Source: Coraliomargaritaceae bacterium (GTDB taxonomy: Bacteria; Verrucomicrobiota; Verrucomicrobiia; Opitutales; Coraliomargaritaceae). Taken from it: a stretch of 64,000 nt of DNA. Shown here in pieces: positions 32,019 to 41,997 of the stretch. The notes under the pieces are model-generated. The model did not search any database, was not told where the DNA came from, and worked only from the letters and a program-made list of their open reading frames with translations. A program made the position numbers and the translations under genes. How positions within the stretch are numbered: the stretch's first letter is position 1; every line of letters begins with the position of its first letter. The stretch is taken from assembly GCA_965656495.1 (NCBI GenBank), contig CBFHKU010000004.1, positions 1 through 64,000 on the forward strand, written 5' to 3'.

Positions 32019-33614
32019 CTAAGACTTGGCAGCCTCAATGAAGCGCTGAAAGGCCGCTCGCATCACCTCTATATCCCGTTGATAAGCGGGGTTCATAATC
32101 TCGTTATGCCACTCATGTGGATCACTGCGATGATCATAAAATTCCTCCTCGCCGTTGCGGCAACGGATATAACGGAAATGCTCGGAGCGCAGACTGAAAT
32201 GCTGGTCCTCCACGCGGGCGGGCTGATCCACTTCAAAAGGAATTTTTGAACCGGACGCCGCCACCGAGATGTAAGGGCCATCCCATTCATTCGCGGCCGG
32301 ATCCTCCAGGAGGGAGCGCAGACTGAAGCCATCCAAGTCATAAGCGGAATCCATTCCGGCATAATCGATGCAGGTTGGGTAAAGATCCAGCAAGGCGACG
32401 GGACGGGCACATTCTACGCCTTGCGCCACTCCCGGCCCCGCAATGACGAGCGGAATACGCACACTTTCTTCCCAGGGGGTAAATTTGAAGAGGTACTCCT
32501 TTTCGCCCATGTGGTAGCCGTGGTCGCTGGTAAAAATGATCAAAGTATTGGCGGCATCTTCGCGTGACTCGATTGCCTCGAGGACTTTGCCGACCTGATC
32601 ATCGACAAAGGCGACACAGGCAAGATAGGCCTGCGTCCATTTCCGCAACTGCTCCGCGCCGCCATTCTTCATGATCTTCTGGTATTTGTGCCAGCCCCAG
32701 GGCTCGGAGAGATCTTGCTGGCGCGTTAAAATCTTCGCGCAATCGGCGGCATCATTTTCCAGAATGGGGGTCAGTTCAACGGTCTCCAGAGGAAAGCGAT
32801 CAAAATATTCCTGCGGCGCATACCAGGGGGAATGCGGGCGGGAGAAACCGACTGTCAGGAGAAAAGGAGTAGGATGTTCCCGCCGGAGGAACTCAACCGC
32901 CTCGCGGGCGTGCACCTCATCGGGCATGGGATCGCGGTTGTGCCCTTCGCGATATTGCCAGGGGTGGCCGGTATAAAACATCGACCAACCGTAGCCGGAA
33001 CCATACTCGCTCAAATCCTGAATCGGGCCGAAGCCGTCGCCCCACCCTCCGCTCTCGCGGTGCGCTTCCGGCCACCAGGGCGGCAGGACCCCCTGTCGTT
33101 TGTTCTCGGGTTTACCATCGTTGGGCAGCGGACCGAAATTCGGATGCGAACCGAAGCCGCGAAACCCGTCGGGGTTTTCAAAGATTTCCTTACGCTCATG
33201 CCCGTTGTGATGAATTTTACCGGTGGCAAAATTGCGGTAGCCGTTGCGCGTAAAGGTTTCAAAGAGCGTCGGCTTACCCTCTAGGATGGGATTATTATAC
33301 CAACGGTTTTGATGCTGCTTGCCGCCATAGAGACCGGTCGTCACCGGATGCAGCCCGCTCCATAGGCTAGCCCGGGAAGGCCCGCAGATCGGACTATTGG
33401 AGGCAGCGTTCAGAAAACGCACCCCGCGCGCGGTGAGGCGATCGATATTCGGAGTGTAGGCCTGCGGATGGCCTCCCATCCCGGCGATGGAATCATTGAG
33501 GTCGTCACAAATAATGATGACGATATTCGGTCTTGCAGCAGTTTCCGCGATGAGGGGTATCGCAGAGCAAAGGGCGCTGATACAAAAAATAAAGGTCCGG
33601 TATGATGCGCTCAT
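32019..33614 (-). CDS. Sulfatase (S1 family)
   Basis: Signal peptide; RPNIVIIICDDL, CGPSR, GKIHH, RPHSP, SDHG. Confidence 0.95.
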   Translation of the reverse strand: MSASYRTFIFCISALCSAIPLIAETAARPNIVIIICDDLNDSIAGMGGHPQAYTPNIDRLTARGVRFLNAASNSPICGPSRASLWSGLHPVTTGLYGGKQHQNRWYNNPILEGKPTLFETFTRNGYRNFATGKIHHNGHERKEIFENPDGFRGFGSHPNFGPLPNDGKPENKRQGVLPPWWPEAHRESGGWGDGFGPIQDLSEYGSGYGWSMFYTGHPWQYREGHNRDPMPDEVHAREAVEFLRREHPTPFLLTVGFSRPHSPWYAPQEYFDRFPLETVELTPILENDAADCAKILTRQQDLSEPWGWHKYQKIMKNGGAEQLRKWTQAYLACVAFVDDQVGKVLEAIESREDAANTLIIFTSDHGYHMGEKEYLFKFTPWEESVRIPLVIAGPGVAQGVECARPVALLDLYPTCIDYAGMDSAYDLDGFSLRSLLEDPAANEWDGPYISVAASGSKIPFEVDQPARVEDQHFSLRSEHFRYIRCRNGEEEFYDHRSDPHEWHNEIMNPAYQRDIEVMRAAFQRFIEAAKS

Positions 33615-34792
33615 TATTGCTTCATTTCACGCAAGGCGTGGTAGGCAGGTTTTGCCTCGTAGTCTCTTCCAAAGAGCAAGGGTGCCGCGGTGCGTCCCTT
33701 CACGGGCCAATCATTGATCCATGAATACTGATCGAGCGTCCCCCAAAAGCTCACCCGTTCAATAACATCGCGGTTGCGTAGGAAAAGCTCAAAGATCTCG
33801 CGGTAGCGACGGGCCTGCTGTTTCAAGACGCGCTCCGGCACCCCATCGACATAGGGATTCAAGGCGGGATCCAACTCGCTCTTTTTATCGACGTCCGCGC
33901 CCTGGTAATCATCCAGCAGCGGCAGGATGCCCACATCCAATTCACTGATGCTAACCTTTACGCCGATCCCCGCCATTAGGTCGATTGAGCGCTGCACCTC
34001 CCTTAAATTTGGATATTTCAAATGCCAGTGTCCCTGGAAGCCCACTCCATGCATGGGGATTCCCTTCGATTTCAAATGCAGTACCAGTCCTGCCGCAAAG
34101 CGTGCCTTGGGTTCATCAAACATACTGTAGTCATTATAGAGCAACAAGGCATCGGGATCCGCCTCGTGCGTAAAACGATAAGCCAGTTCAATATAGTCTT
34201 TCCCAATTATCCTCAACCAGGGCGAGTCCCGCAAAAATGCCACCTGTTTTTTTTCACCGGTTTCGGGATCGGTCATCCACTTGGTGTCAATCGCTTCATT
34301 CACCACGTCCCAGTATTGGATCCGTCCCTTATAGCGTCCCACTACCGTGTTGATATGCGTGCGCATCCGCTCGATGAGCACTTCACGGCTCACCTCCGAG
34401 CCGTCCTTGTTTTTAAAGATCCAGTCCGGAACCATCGCGTGCCAGACCAGCGCGTGACCGACGTAATCCATCCCGTGCGCCTCTGCGAAATCGACCGCCG
34501 CGTCCGGACCCTTGAAATCGAAGACCCCTTCCTGCGGCTGCACGAACATCATTTTCATGTTGTTCTCGGAAGTCAGGCAGTTGAATTCACGTGCCAGGAT
34601 TTCCAATTCGCGATCGTCCTGACGATAAGGCGGGTCCTGGGGGTGGAGCCCACCCGCCATGATGTTTCCAATCAGGAAATCATCCTTATAAAGCTCGTGC
34701 AGTGGTGGATTGATGGCGCCTGCCTCAGTCATGGCATTTGCATTGGAGGCAACCAGCAAAGTTGCGAGTGCGGCAGTGATAAGCGTTTTCAT
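33614..34792 (-). CDS. Endo-1,4-beta-xylanase (GH10)
   Basis: Signal peptide; ENNMK, GHALVWH, WDVVNEA (acid/base), YNDY, QGH, ISELDV (nucleophile). Confidence 0.95.
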   Translation of the reverse strand: MKTLITAALATLLVASNANAMTEAGAINPPLHELYKDDFLIGNIMAGGLHPQDPPYRQDDRELEILAREFNCLTSENNMKMMFVQPQEGVFDFKGPDAAVDFAEAHGMDYVGHALVWHAMVPDWIFKNKDGSEVSREVLIERMRTHINTVVGRYKGRIQYWDVVNEAIDTKWMTDPETGEKKQVAFLRDSPWLRIIGKDYIELAYRFTHEADPDALLLYNDYSMFDEPKARFAAGLVLHLKSKGIPMHGVGFQGHWHLKYPNLREVQRSIDLMAGIGVKVSISELDVGILPLLDDYQGADVDKKSELDPALNPYVDGVPERVLKQQARRYREIFELFLRNRDVIERVSFWGTLDQYSWINDWPVKGRTAAPLLFGRDYEAKPAYHALREMKQ

Positions 34793-34797
34793 AGGGA

Positions 34798-36177
34798 TTA
34801 AAGGGATGCACGGTGTTGCTTCAGGATTTGCTGCAGCTTCGCAACGACTTCCCGGTATTTTGGCTGATTGACCACGTTGACATTTTCATCGGGATCGGAG
34901 CGCTGATCGTAAAGCATCTGTGCTCCACTCGTCCATTCGGTATATTGATAACGGTCTGAGCGAACACTCTCGCCGCCGTGGTAACGCCCGAAGATTGCCT
35001 CCTTAAAGGGAGCCTCCGGGTCGCGCATCAAAGGCACGAGGCTTTTGCCCTGCAAGTGATCCGGCGCCTCGACACCCGCCAGTTCACAAAGGGTTGGATA
35101 GATATCGACAAATTCGACCAGCGCTGCGGTGCGCTGCCCCGCCTGCATGCCGGGGGCGCTGATAATGAGTGGAGCATGGAGCGAAGTTTCAAATAGAGCG
35201 TGCTTACACCAGAGGGAATGTTCGCCGAGTTGCCAACCGTGGTCACCCCACAAAATCACAATGGTATTATCGCGCATCTCCAAACGCTCCAATTCATCGA
35301 GCAAGCGCCCGATCATCGCATCGGTATAGGAGACACAGGCGTAATAACCGTGCATAAGGGTGCGGGCAAGTTCATCGGAGAGCGGACCCTCCTTGGGGAT
35401 GCCCCCATACATTCCGCGCAATTCGTGCCATTGATGTATCGCCTCGGCGGGCGCACCCGCCGGAACGTAGGGATTATCGACCAGTTCGATGGCCTCGCGA
35501 TCATAAAGATCCCAATATTTCTTGGGCGCATTAAAGGGCAGGTGCGGCTTGGCGTAACCCGCTGTTATAAAAAACGGAGTGCCCTCGGCTTTGGCGCGGC
35601 GTAAGTCCTCGATGACTTTATTAGTCATCTCACCACCGGAATAGAGATCGTCTGAAACATCCGCAGCTTCGTAGGCGGGCTCCTCGTTTTTCGGCAGATT
35701 TTTATTCTCCGGCAGGAGGTAAATCTTGAAATCACTCGGACGAAAAAATTCACTCCACGAAGCAGTGCTATCATTCCAATCATGATAGATTTTTCCATTA
35801 CCGAGAGCGGTATATCCGGAACGCCGCAACCAGGTCGGGATGTCCGGAATCCCGGCGGCATCCTTGTCGGCACGGGTGTAGTAGGTCACGAAACGATCGG
35901 CAGTGGGATACATTCCGGTCATCAAGCTCGCACGGGAAGCCCCACAGACCGGCACTTGGCAATAGGCACGCTCAAAAACCGTGCCCGATTCCGCGAGGCG
36001 ATCGATGTTCGGCGAGAGCGCTACTTCGCTGCCGTAACACCCAAGCTCGGGCCGCAGATCATCCACCGCAATGAACAAAATATTGGGCTGCTCCCCTCCA
36101 AACAAACCCAGGGGTGCGCATATCGCGAGTGAAGTGAGAATCAGAAAGAAGCGTTTGCGTAGGGTATTTATAATCAT
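34798..36177 (-). CDS. Sulfatase (iduronate-2-sulfatase-like)
   Basis: DDLRPELGCYG, CGASR, KPHLPF, GDHGWQLGEH. Confidence 0.95.
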   Translation of the reverse strand: MIINTLRKRFFLILTSLAICAPLGLFGGEQPNILFIAVDDLRPELGCYGSEVALSPNIDRLAESGTVFERAYCQVPVCGASRASLMTGMYPTADRFVTYYTRADKDAAGIPDIPTWLRRSGYTALGNGKIYHDWNDSTASWSEFFRPSDFKIYLLPENKNLPKNEEPAYEAADVSDDLYSGGEMTNKVIEDLRRAKAEGTPFFITAGYAKPHLPFNAPKKYWDLYDREAIELVDNPYVPAGAPAEAIHQWHELRGMYGGIPKEGPLSDELARTLMHGYYACVSYTDAMIGRLLDELERLEMRDNTIVILWGDHGWQLGEHSLWCKHALFETSLHAPLIISAPGMQAGQRTAALVEFVDIYPTLCELAGVEAPDHLQGKSLVPLMRDPEAPFKEAIFGRYHGGESVRSDRYQYTEWTSGAQMLYDQRSDPDENVNVVNQPKYREVVAKLQQILKQHRASL

Positions 36178-36283
36178 TGGTGACAGCAGTATTAATCCTT
36201 CAATTTAGAGAAAATCAAAAGGTTCGTAAATGGTAAGCTTTGATGCTGTAATACAAATCACCGAAACTCAATGCCCGCCTCCA

Positions 36284-37987
36284 TTAAGGGGCGCCCTCCA
36301 CTACCACTTTCATTGTCGCTTCAACCGGTTCGTTGACCCCATCGGAGACTGTTACCTTTAAAATATTCTCTCCGACATCCCCGGCGCCCGGCGTGCCCTG
36401 AAATCGCCCATAACCGGTGTTGGTCAACTCAATCCATTCGGGCCCCGAAACCTTCGCATAGACGAGTCCATCCTCCTCGGGATCACTGGCGCGGAAATTG
36501 ACATAGGTACTGTAGGCTTCGCCGACCTTGGCAGGTTTCTGTGAGAAGGTACCCGGTCGCCAGGTGGGCGGCTTGTTGTTATTGATCATTTCACTGCCAA
36601 AGACCGAGGCGGCGTAGGCGTCATCCGCCTCGCGAACCTTTTGACGGTGGGTTTTCAAGAGCGCGGAAATCTTGCTCAGGACCGCTGCATATTTGGGGTC
36701 GTCGACCCGGTTGATATTCTCATCGATGTCAATGCGGTGATTGTAAAGCATGCGTCCCCCACTCCGCCATTCGGCGTAGCTCAAGTTACGGGTTTTGACG
36801 GCCTCCCCGCTGTGGTAACGACTGTACACTGCCATCTTGAAGGGCGCCTCCGGATTTTCGAGAAGGGGCCTCAGGCTTCTGCCCTGCAGGTGTGCGGGCG
36901 CTTCGATGCCCGCGAGATCGCAGAGGGTTGGGTAAATATCGACAAACTCGACCAGGGAATTTGATTTTTGCCCGCCCTTATAACCCGGAGCGCTGACGAT
37001 CAGGGGCGCGTTCAGGGAAGTCCTGAAGAGCGCATGCTTGCACCAGAGGGTATGCTCGCCCAATTGCCAGCCATGATCGCCCCACAAGATGACGATGGTG
37101 TTGTCTGCCATCTCAAGACGTTCCAACGCATCGAGCACTTTTCCAATCATGGCATCGGCATAGGAAACGGTGGCATAGTAACCGTGAATGAGATGGAGGG
37201 CGAGCGCATCGGAAACAGGCCCCTCCTGCGGCACGCCACCGTATTGACCCCGCAATTCATTCCACTGGTGCATCGCCTCGCGCGGCGCACCCTCCGGAAC
37301 GAAGTAATTATCCGGCAGGGAAAAATCCTCCCGTTGATAAAGATCCCAATATTTAGAGGGGGCATTAAAGGGCAGGTGCGGCTTGGTGAAACCTGCCGTG
37401 ATAAAGAAAGGGGTACCCGCAGCCTTGGCGCGCTCGAGGTCGCGAATCACCTTGTCCGCGATTTCACCGTCGGGATAGGCATTGTCGGGAACATCCGCTT
37501 TTTCGAAGGGCGGTTGTTGGTTATTGGGCAGCTTGATATTTTCCGCCAATACATAGCGTCGAAAGGTTCCGGGGTGTTCGATCTCGCTCCAGGAGCGCTT
37601 GAAGTCGTCTTTTTGATGATAGATTTTCCCGTTTGAAATCGTGGTATATCCTTGTTCCTTGAGCCAACCGGGGAGGTCATAAATGCCACGCACTTCCGCA
37701 TCGGCCTTCGTGTGGTAACTCAGGAAACGTTGCGGGGTTGGATAGAGCCCGGTCATCAGACTGGCACGCGAGGCACCGCAAACCGGCACCTGACAATAAG
37801 CTTCCTTAAAAACCGTGCCACTCGCTGCGAGGCGGTCGATGTGGGGCGAAACGATCTTGGTGTTGCCATAGCAACCCAACTCGGGCCGCAGGTCATCCAC
37901 CGCGATAAAAAGAATATGCGGTTTTTCGGCAAGGCTTAGACTAGTGATCAGTAAACTGACCCATGCGATGAGAAGCGTGGATTTCAT
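36284..37987 (-). CDS. Sulfatase (iduronate-2-sulfatase-like) with C-terminal Ig/cadherin-like domain
   Basis: Close paralog of 34798..36177 (CGASR) with an extra tail: ASDPEED..GPEWI..GTPGAGDVG...VTVSDG. Confidence 0.95.
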   Translation of the reverse strand: MKSTLLIAWVSLLITSLSLAEKPHILFIAVDDLRPELGCYGNTKIVSPHIDRLAASGTVFKEAYCQVPVCGASRASLMTGLYPTPQRFLSYHTKADAEVRGIYDLPGWLKEQGYTTISNGKIYHQKDDFKRSWSEIEHPGTFRRYVLAENIKLPNNQQPPFEKADVPDNAYPDGEIADKVIRDLERAKAAGTPFFITAGFTKPHLPFNAPSKYWDLYQREDFSLPDNYFVPEGAPREAMHQWNELRGQYGGVPQEGPVSDALALHLIHGYYATVSYADAMIGKVLDALERLEMADNTIVILWGDHGWQLGEHTLWCKHALFRTSLNAPLIVSAPGYKGGQKSNSLVEFVDIYPTLCDLAGIEAPAHLQGRSLRPLLENPEAPFKMAVYSRYHSGEAVKTRNLSYAEWRSGGRMLYNHRIDIDENINRVDDPKYAAVLSKISALLKTHRQKVREADDAYAASVFGSEMINNNKPPTWRPGTFSQKPAKVGEAYSTYVNFRASDPEEDGLVYAKVSGPEWIELTNTGYGRFQGTPGAGDVGENILKVTVSDGVNEPVEATMKVVVEGAP

Positions 37988-38014
37988 TATTTGTTTCAGG
38001 GATTCGTATTTTAA

Positions 38015-39475
38015 TCAATCGGCGTAAATCTTTTGGACGAGTTTTCCGGTATCGAGGAAATGCTTGTAGGGCATGCGGTCATAACTGCGGATTTCCGCCG
38101 CCACTTTGGGGTCGGCGCGATCGGGCCAGGGATTCTTTTTGAGGATTGCCATGATTTCGGCATGCGCAGCGCGTTCCTCTTCGGTTTTCGCATCGCCCAC
38201 CAAAGTGTAGCGCGAGCGGCGGTAATCCCCGTTGGTGCGATAGAGACGTCCCTCGCCTGAACCGTAAACCGGATCGACTGCCTCCAACATCCAGTCCTTG
38301 GTACGCGCCATGCGGGCAGTTGCGATGTAACTCATAATCCATTCACGGTGTGTCGCTTTCGCCCCGCTCAAAAAAGGACGGAGGCTTTTACCGTCAAGGG
38401 CGTGACCACTTGGTAATCGCACACCGGCGTAATCAATTAGAGTTGGGAAAATATCGGAGAACTCAACCAGCTCGCCACTGGAACCACGGGGCTTCACCAG
38501 CCCCGGCCCATCGATAATGAGCGGAACCCGCGGTCCGTCCTCGGTGGCGTGCATCTTCATCCCGTCTTTTGAATCACCGTTGTCCGCCGTAAAAATAACG
38601 ATGGTGTTGTCCCGCACCCCCGCGTCTTCGAGGGCGTCTACAAGGCGCCCCATTGTCGCATCAATATATCGAAACATATCCCCTAAACTGCCGCCTTTAT
38701 TTGTGCCGGGGCGACCGCGAAACGGCATGGTCGGCAATCCGCCACCCGCAATGTCGTGCACGAGGTTCAGCGGATAATACGCCAGGAAAGGCTGATCCCG
38801 TTCGCGCTTGATAAAATCGACGAGGTAATCGGTGAAAATGTCCGGCCCGAAATCTTCGGGACCGGTTTCCTTTAAGCGCCCGTTTTCAATGACACAGGGA
38901 TGCCAGTAGCGCGAGGGAATGCGCGGGGCGTTGGGAAAATTATACCGGCCCTCGTAAAGACCGCTAAAGACTTCGCCGGCGGGGATCGCGCTCGGATGAT
39001 CGGCGCGATGACAAAATTCATCGAAACCGACTGTGCCATCGACCTGCCCGCCCAGCGCCATATTGTTCCCAACCAAAACGGTACGGTAGCCGTTGTCGCG
39101 CAAGGCCTGGGCAAAGGTCAGGTGACGGGTGGTCCAGTTGTAGCGGTCGCTGCTTTTTTCATTGATGCGCAAGTCATTGTGCCAAACCCCGGTTCGGGAG
39201 GCATAGCGCCCGGTCGTCAGGAGGGCGCGCGAGGAGGAACACATCGGGGTTGCCCAGGCAGTCCGAAACATGACCCCGCTTTCCGCGAGCGCATCGATGT
39301 GTGGGGTCTCCGCCGCGCTGGCATCATAACAACTGAAATTGCGGGGACTGAGATCATCGACCACCACGATTAAAAAATTGGGGCGGCTTTCCGTGGCACC
39401 GACCGGCGCGAGACACCACAAAACCGCAACGATAAGGGCATGGAATACGAGATTTGATTTCATGATTGGGAACAA
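38015..39475 (-). CDS. Sulfatase (arylsulfatase-like), variant CSSSR signature
   Basis: RPNFLIVVVDDL, TPHIDALAESG, CSSSRALLTTGRY, ADNG. Confidence 0.9.
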   Translation of the reverse strand: MFPIMKSNLVFHALIVAVLWCLAPVGATESRPNFLIVVVDDLSPRNFSCYDASAAETPHIDALAESGVMFRTAWATPMCSSSRALLTTGRYASRTGVWHNDLRINEKSSDRYNWTTRHLTFAQALRDNGYRTVLVGNNMALGGQVDGTVGFDEFCHRADHPSAIPAGEVFSGLYEGRYNFPNAPRIPSRYWHPCVIENGRLKETGPEDFGPDIFTDYLVDFIKRERDQPFLAYYPLNLVHDIAGGGLPTMPFRGRPGTNKGGSLGDMFRYIDATMGRLVDALEDAGVRDNTIVIFTADNGDSKDGMKMHATEDGPRVPLIIDGPGLVKPRGSSGELVEFSDIFPTLIDYAGVRLPSGHALDGKSLRPFLSGAKATHREWIMSYIATARMARTKDWMLEAVDPVYGSGEGRLYRTNGDYRRSRYTLVGDAKTEEERAAHAEIMAILKKNPWPDRADPKVAAEIRSYDRMPYKHFLDTGKLVQKIYAD

Positions 39476-39478
39476 GGG

Positions 39479-40663
39479 TTAGTGCTGTGTTTGGCTTGAG
39501 AAATAATCCAAGGCGGCGCGGTTCGCCTCCATGACGGCTTCCTGCAGAACGGGATATGCCGAGCCGTCCTCGCGCAGCATCCCCTGCTTCAAAACACCCT
39601 GGTGTTCATTGAAGCGGTCGATATACTGACAGCGATGATAGCCGATGATGTAGGGCCTGGCACTCGCCTCCGCCAAATAATTGCGATACATCGTCGCGAC
39701 TGCTTGCTCGCTCTCTAGTTGCTTCCACATCGTCTTGTCATACTGCGGCGTCGCGAAACTGCATTGATGATCACAAATGAGGATCGGTTTTCCGTATTTC
39801 GCATAGAGCGCATCAAAATATTCTGCCTCAAAACGATCACTGCCGGGCTGAATCGAAAGCACGTCAATATACGGCAAGGCCGCCTCGACCACCACCTCGG
39901 GGTGATCACCCAAAAGATAACGCTCACCAAAAATCAAAACGCCGGGATGCAGACTGCGGGTCGCCTCCCCGATCAATTTATAATGTGCCTGCGCAATGAG
40001 CGCGAGGAATCCCTCGTCCGTGGCAGCTTTGCCCTCGCTCGCACAGTCATCGAGATATTGCTCGTAGCGGATGCGACCCGGTGCATTGGCGGGCAGTTCG
40101 CGAATCGCAATTACCCAATTCGTGCCCCGGGTTCGCAGGGAACGCTCCAAGTCCCACTGCGGGGTGTCCGTCCAATAATACCCGATCAGATTGGGATTGC
40201 CGGGATTGCGGCACATCCAGCGCAGTTGCTTCAACTTCTCCGCCTGCACCTTTGGATCAAAGACATCGGGGTAAAAGAATTCCGCATCGGGAAGGAAATT
40301 GGAATTCCGCTCAAGAAAGGAATCCTCCATGTAGGGCATGCGGGGGTAAATTTCCTGCGGCGAACCATAACCGGCGGTGTTGTAATGCCAGCCTTCCAAG
40401 TCTTCAGCCGCGGCTTCTGAATAACGCGACCAGTCACCCCCGTATGCTTCCGCGAAAATATCGGGCTCGGCAGCTTCCTGCACCGCATTGATGTGATTGA
40501 TCCCCAGCGTGAAAAAGGGCTCGCCCTCCGGATCCAGCAAAACGTGGCGCGCGCCTATTTTGTCCAATCGAAAACGGCCCTCCGCGGCAGAATCGGCCGG
40601 GGCGGATGCATTCGCGGATATGATAGCAGCAGTCATGATGGTATTGAATGATTTGGTTTTCAT
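39479..40663 (-). CDS. GH50/agarase-like TIM-barrel protein with atypical catalytic positions
   Basis: LLDPEGEPFFTLGINHI, NTAG, PNLIGYYWTDTPQW, LIFGERY, KPILICDH and PYIIGYH follow the GH50-like motif order. Confidence 0.65.
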   Translation of the reverse strand: MKTKSFNTIMTAAIISANASAPADSAAEGRFRLDKIGARHVLLDPEGEPFFTLGINHINAVQEAAEPDIFAEAYGGDWSRYSEAAAEDLEGWHYNTAGYGSPQEIYPRMPYMEDSFLERNSNFLPDAEFFYPDVFDPKVQAEKLKQLRWMCRNPGNPNLIGYYWTDTPQWDLERSLRTRGTNWVIAIRELPANAPGRIRYEQYLDDCASEGKAATDEGFLALIAQAHYKLIGEATRSLHPGVLIFGERYLLGDHPEVVVEAALPYIDVLSIQPGSDRFEAEYFDALYAKYGKPILICDHQCSFATPQYDKTMWKQLESEQAVATMYRNYLAEASARPYIIGYHRCQYIDRFNEHQGVLKQGMLREDGSAYPVLQEAVMEANRAALDYFSSQTQH

Positions 40664-41997
40664 TTAAGACGCGCGGTATCGTGTTGCCGAAGTAGCGTTT
40701 CCATTTTCAGGCGCACTGCCGCAAGCTCGGCTCCGCATTCGGTCGCAGCGAGCGGCTTTTCTTCCAGCTCATCCTGAGCGAGGTCGTAAAAATCGCCATT
40801 CCGGTAAAGTTTGTAGCGCTCATTACGCGCAAAGGATACATCCACAACCCCGGGATATCGCCGCTTCATAAAGTTGGGAATTTCATACCAACAATAGATA
40901 AACTCGCGGGGCGCGCCCGCCTTGCCCTCCAACTGCGGCAAGAAGCTCTGTCCGTTGAATCGTTCCATCCCAACAGGTTTAACCCCCGCAAGCTCGCAGA
41001 AGGTCGGAAGGAAATCGCTGAAATCCACAAGGTCGGCGCTCACCGCGCCCTGCACCACCCCAGGACCGGCAACCACTAGTGGTACGTGCGTGCCGGCATT
41101 GGTGGTCTCGCCCTTCCCGCCGCGCACCTTGCGTCCCTTGATTTCCGAGACGGTATTGCCCAGGCTACCGTTGTCGGATGTGAAGAAAATATAAGTCTGC
41201 TCACTCAAACCCGCCGCCGCGACCTGCGCCATCACGCGACCCACCATTTTGTCCGTATATCGCACCATATCGTCAAAATACTCGGGATCCATGCTCCCGC
41301 GTTTCGCGCCGGGGCTCTCGGGGTTCCAGTCCTCCGAGTCCGGATTCGGGACAAAAGGCGAGTGCGGCAAGAGCATGGGATAGTAAACCAGGAAGGGTTC
41401 GTCCTTGTGCGCCTCGATGAATTCCCCGATGAAATCGACGATCAAGTCCGGCCCAAATTCACCGTTGCGATAATCCAGCTCCACTCCGTTCCGTTCCAGT
41501 TGAGGATTCTCATACCGCGTATCGGTCCCGGTCGCATTGCTGAAGTTACTGCGCGTGTGCTGCCAAAGCAGGGACGACTCAAAACCAAAATGTTGCGGCG
41601 CATCACGCGTTTGCCCCAATTGCCATTTGCCCGCGATACAGGTGGCGTAGCCAGCATCCCGCAAAAGATGCGCAAAGGTGGTCTCCCCGCGTTTCAGCTG
41701 CGCAAATCGCGTGTAATTATAAACATTATAACGACCCGTCATGATCTGCACCCGCGAGGGCGTGCACGCCGGATTCGAATAACAATGCTCAAAACACAGC
41801 CCCCGCTCCGCCAAGCGGTCAATATTCGGAGTGGAATAGGATGTCCCCCCGTTGGCGCCAATACATTCATACCCCATATCATCCGCCATTATGAGGATGA
41901 TATTCGGAGGACGCTCAGCGCCAGCCGCGCCAGCCGCGATCAAAACGGCTCCTATGAAAAGAACCATCCGCATCAAAAATATCCAAATCTGTTTCAT
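40660..41997 (-). CDS. Sulfatase (arylsulfatase A-like)
   Basis: Start at ATG 41997 (ATGA overlap with the upstream gene); PNIILIMADDMG, CTPSR, GKWQL, SDNG. Confidence 0.95.
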   Translation of the reverse strand: MKQIWIFLMRMVLFIGAVLIAAGAAGAERPPNIILIMADDMGYECIGANGGTSYSTPNIDRLAERGLCFEHCYSNPACTPSRVQIMTGRYNVYNYTRFAQLKRGETTFAHLLRDAGYATCIAGKWQLGQTRDAPQHFGFESSLLWQHTRSNFSNATGTDTRYENPQLERNGVELDYRNGEFGPDLIVDFIGEFIEAHKDEPFLVYYPMLLPHSPFVPNPDSEDWNPESPGAKRGSMDPEYFDDMVRYTDKMVGRVMAQVAAAGLSEQTYIFFTSDNGSLGNTVSEIKGRKVRGGKGETTNAGTHVPLVVAGPGVVQGAVSADLVDFSDFLPTFCELAGVKPVGMERFNGQSFLPQLEGKAGAPREFIYCWYEIPNFMKRRYPGVVDVSFARNERYKLYRNGDFYDLAQDELEEKPLAATECGAELAAVRLKMETLLRQHDTARLK

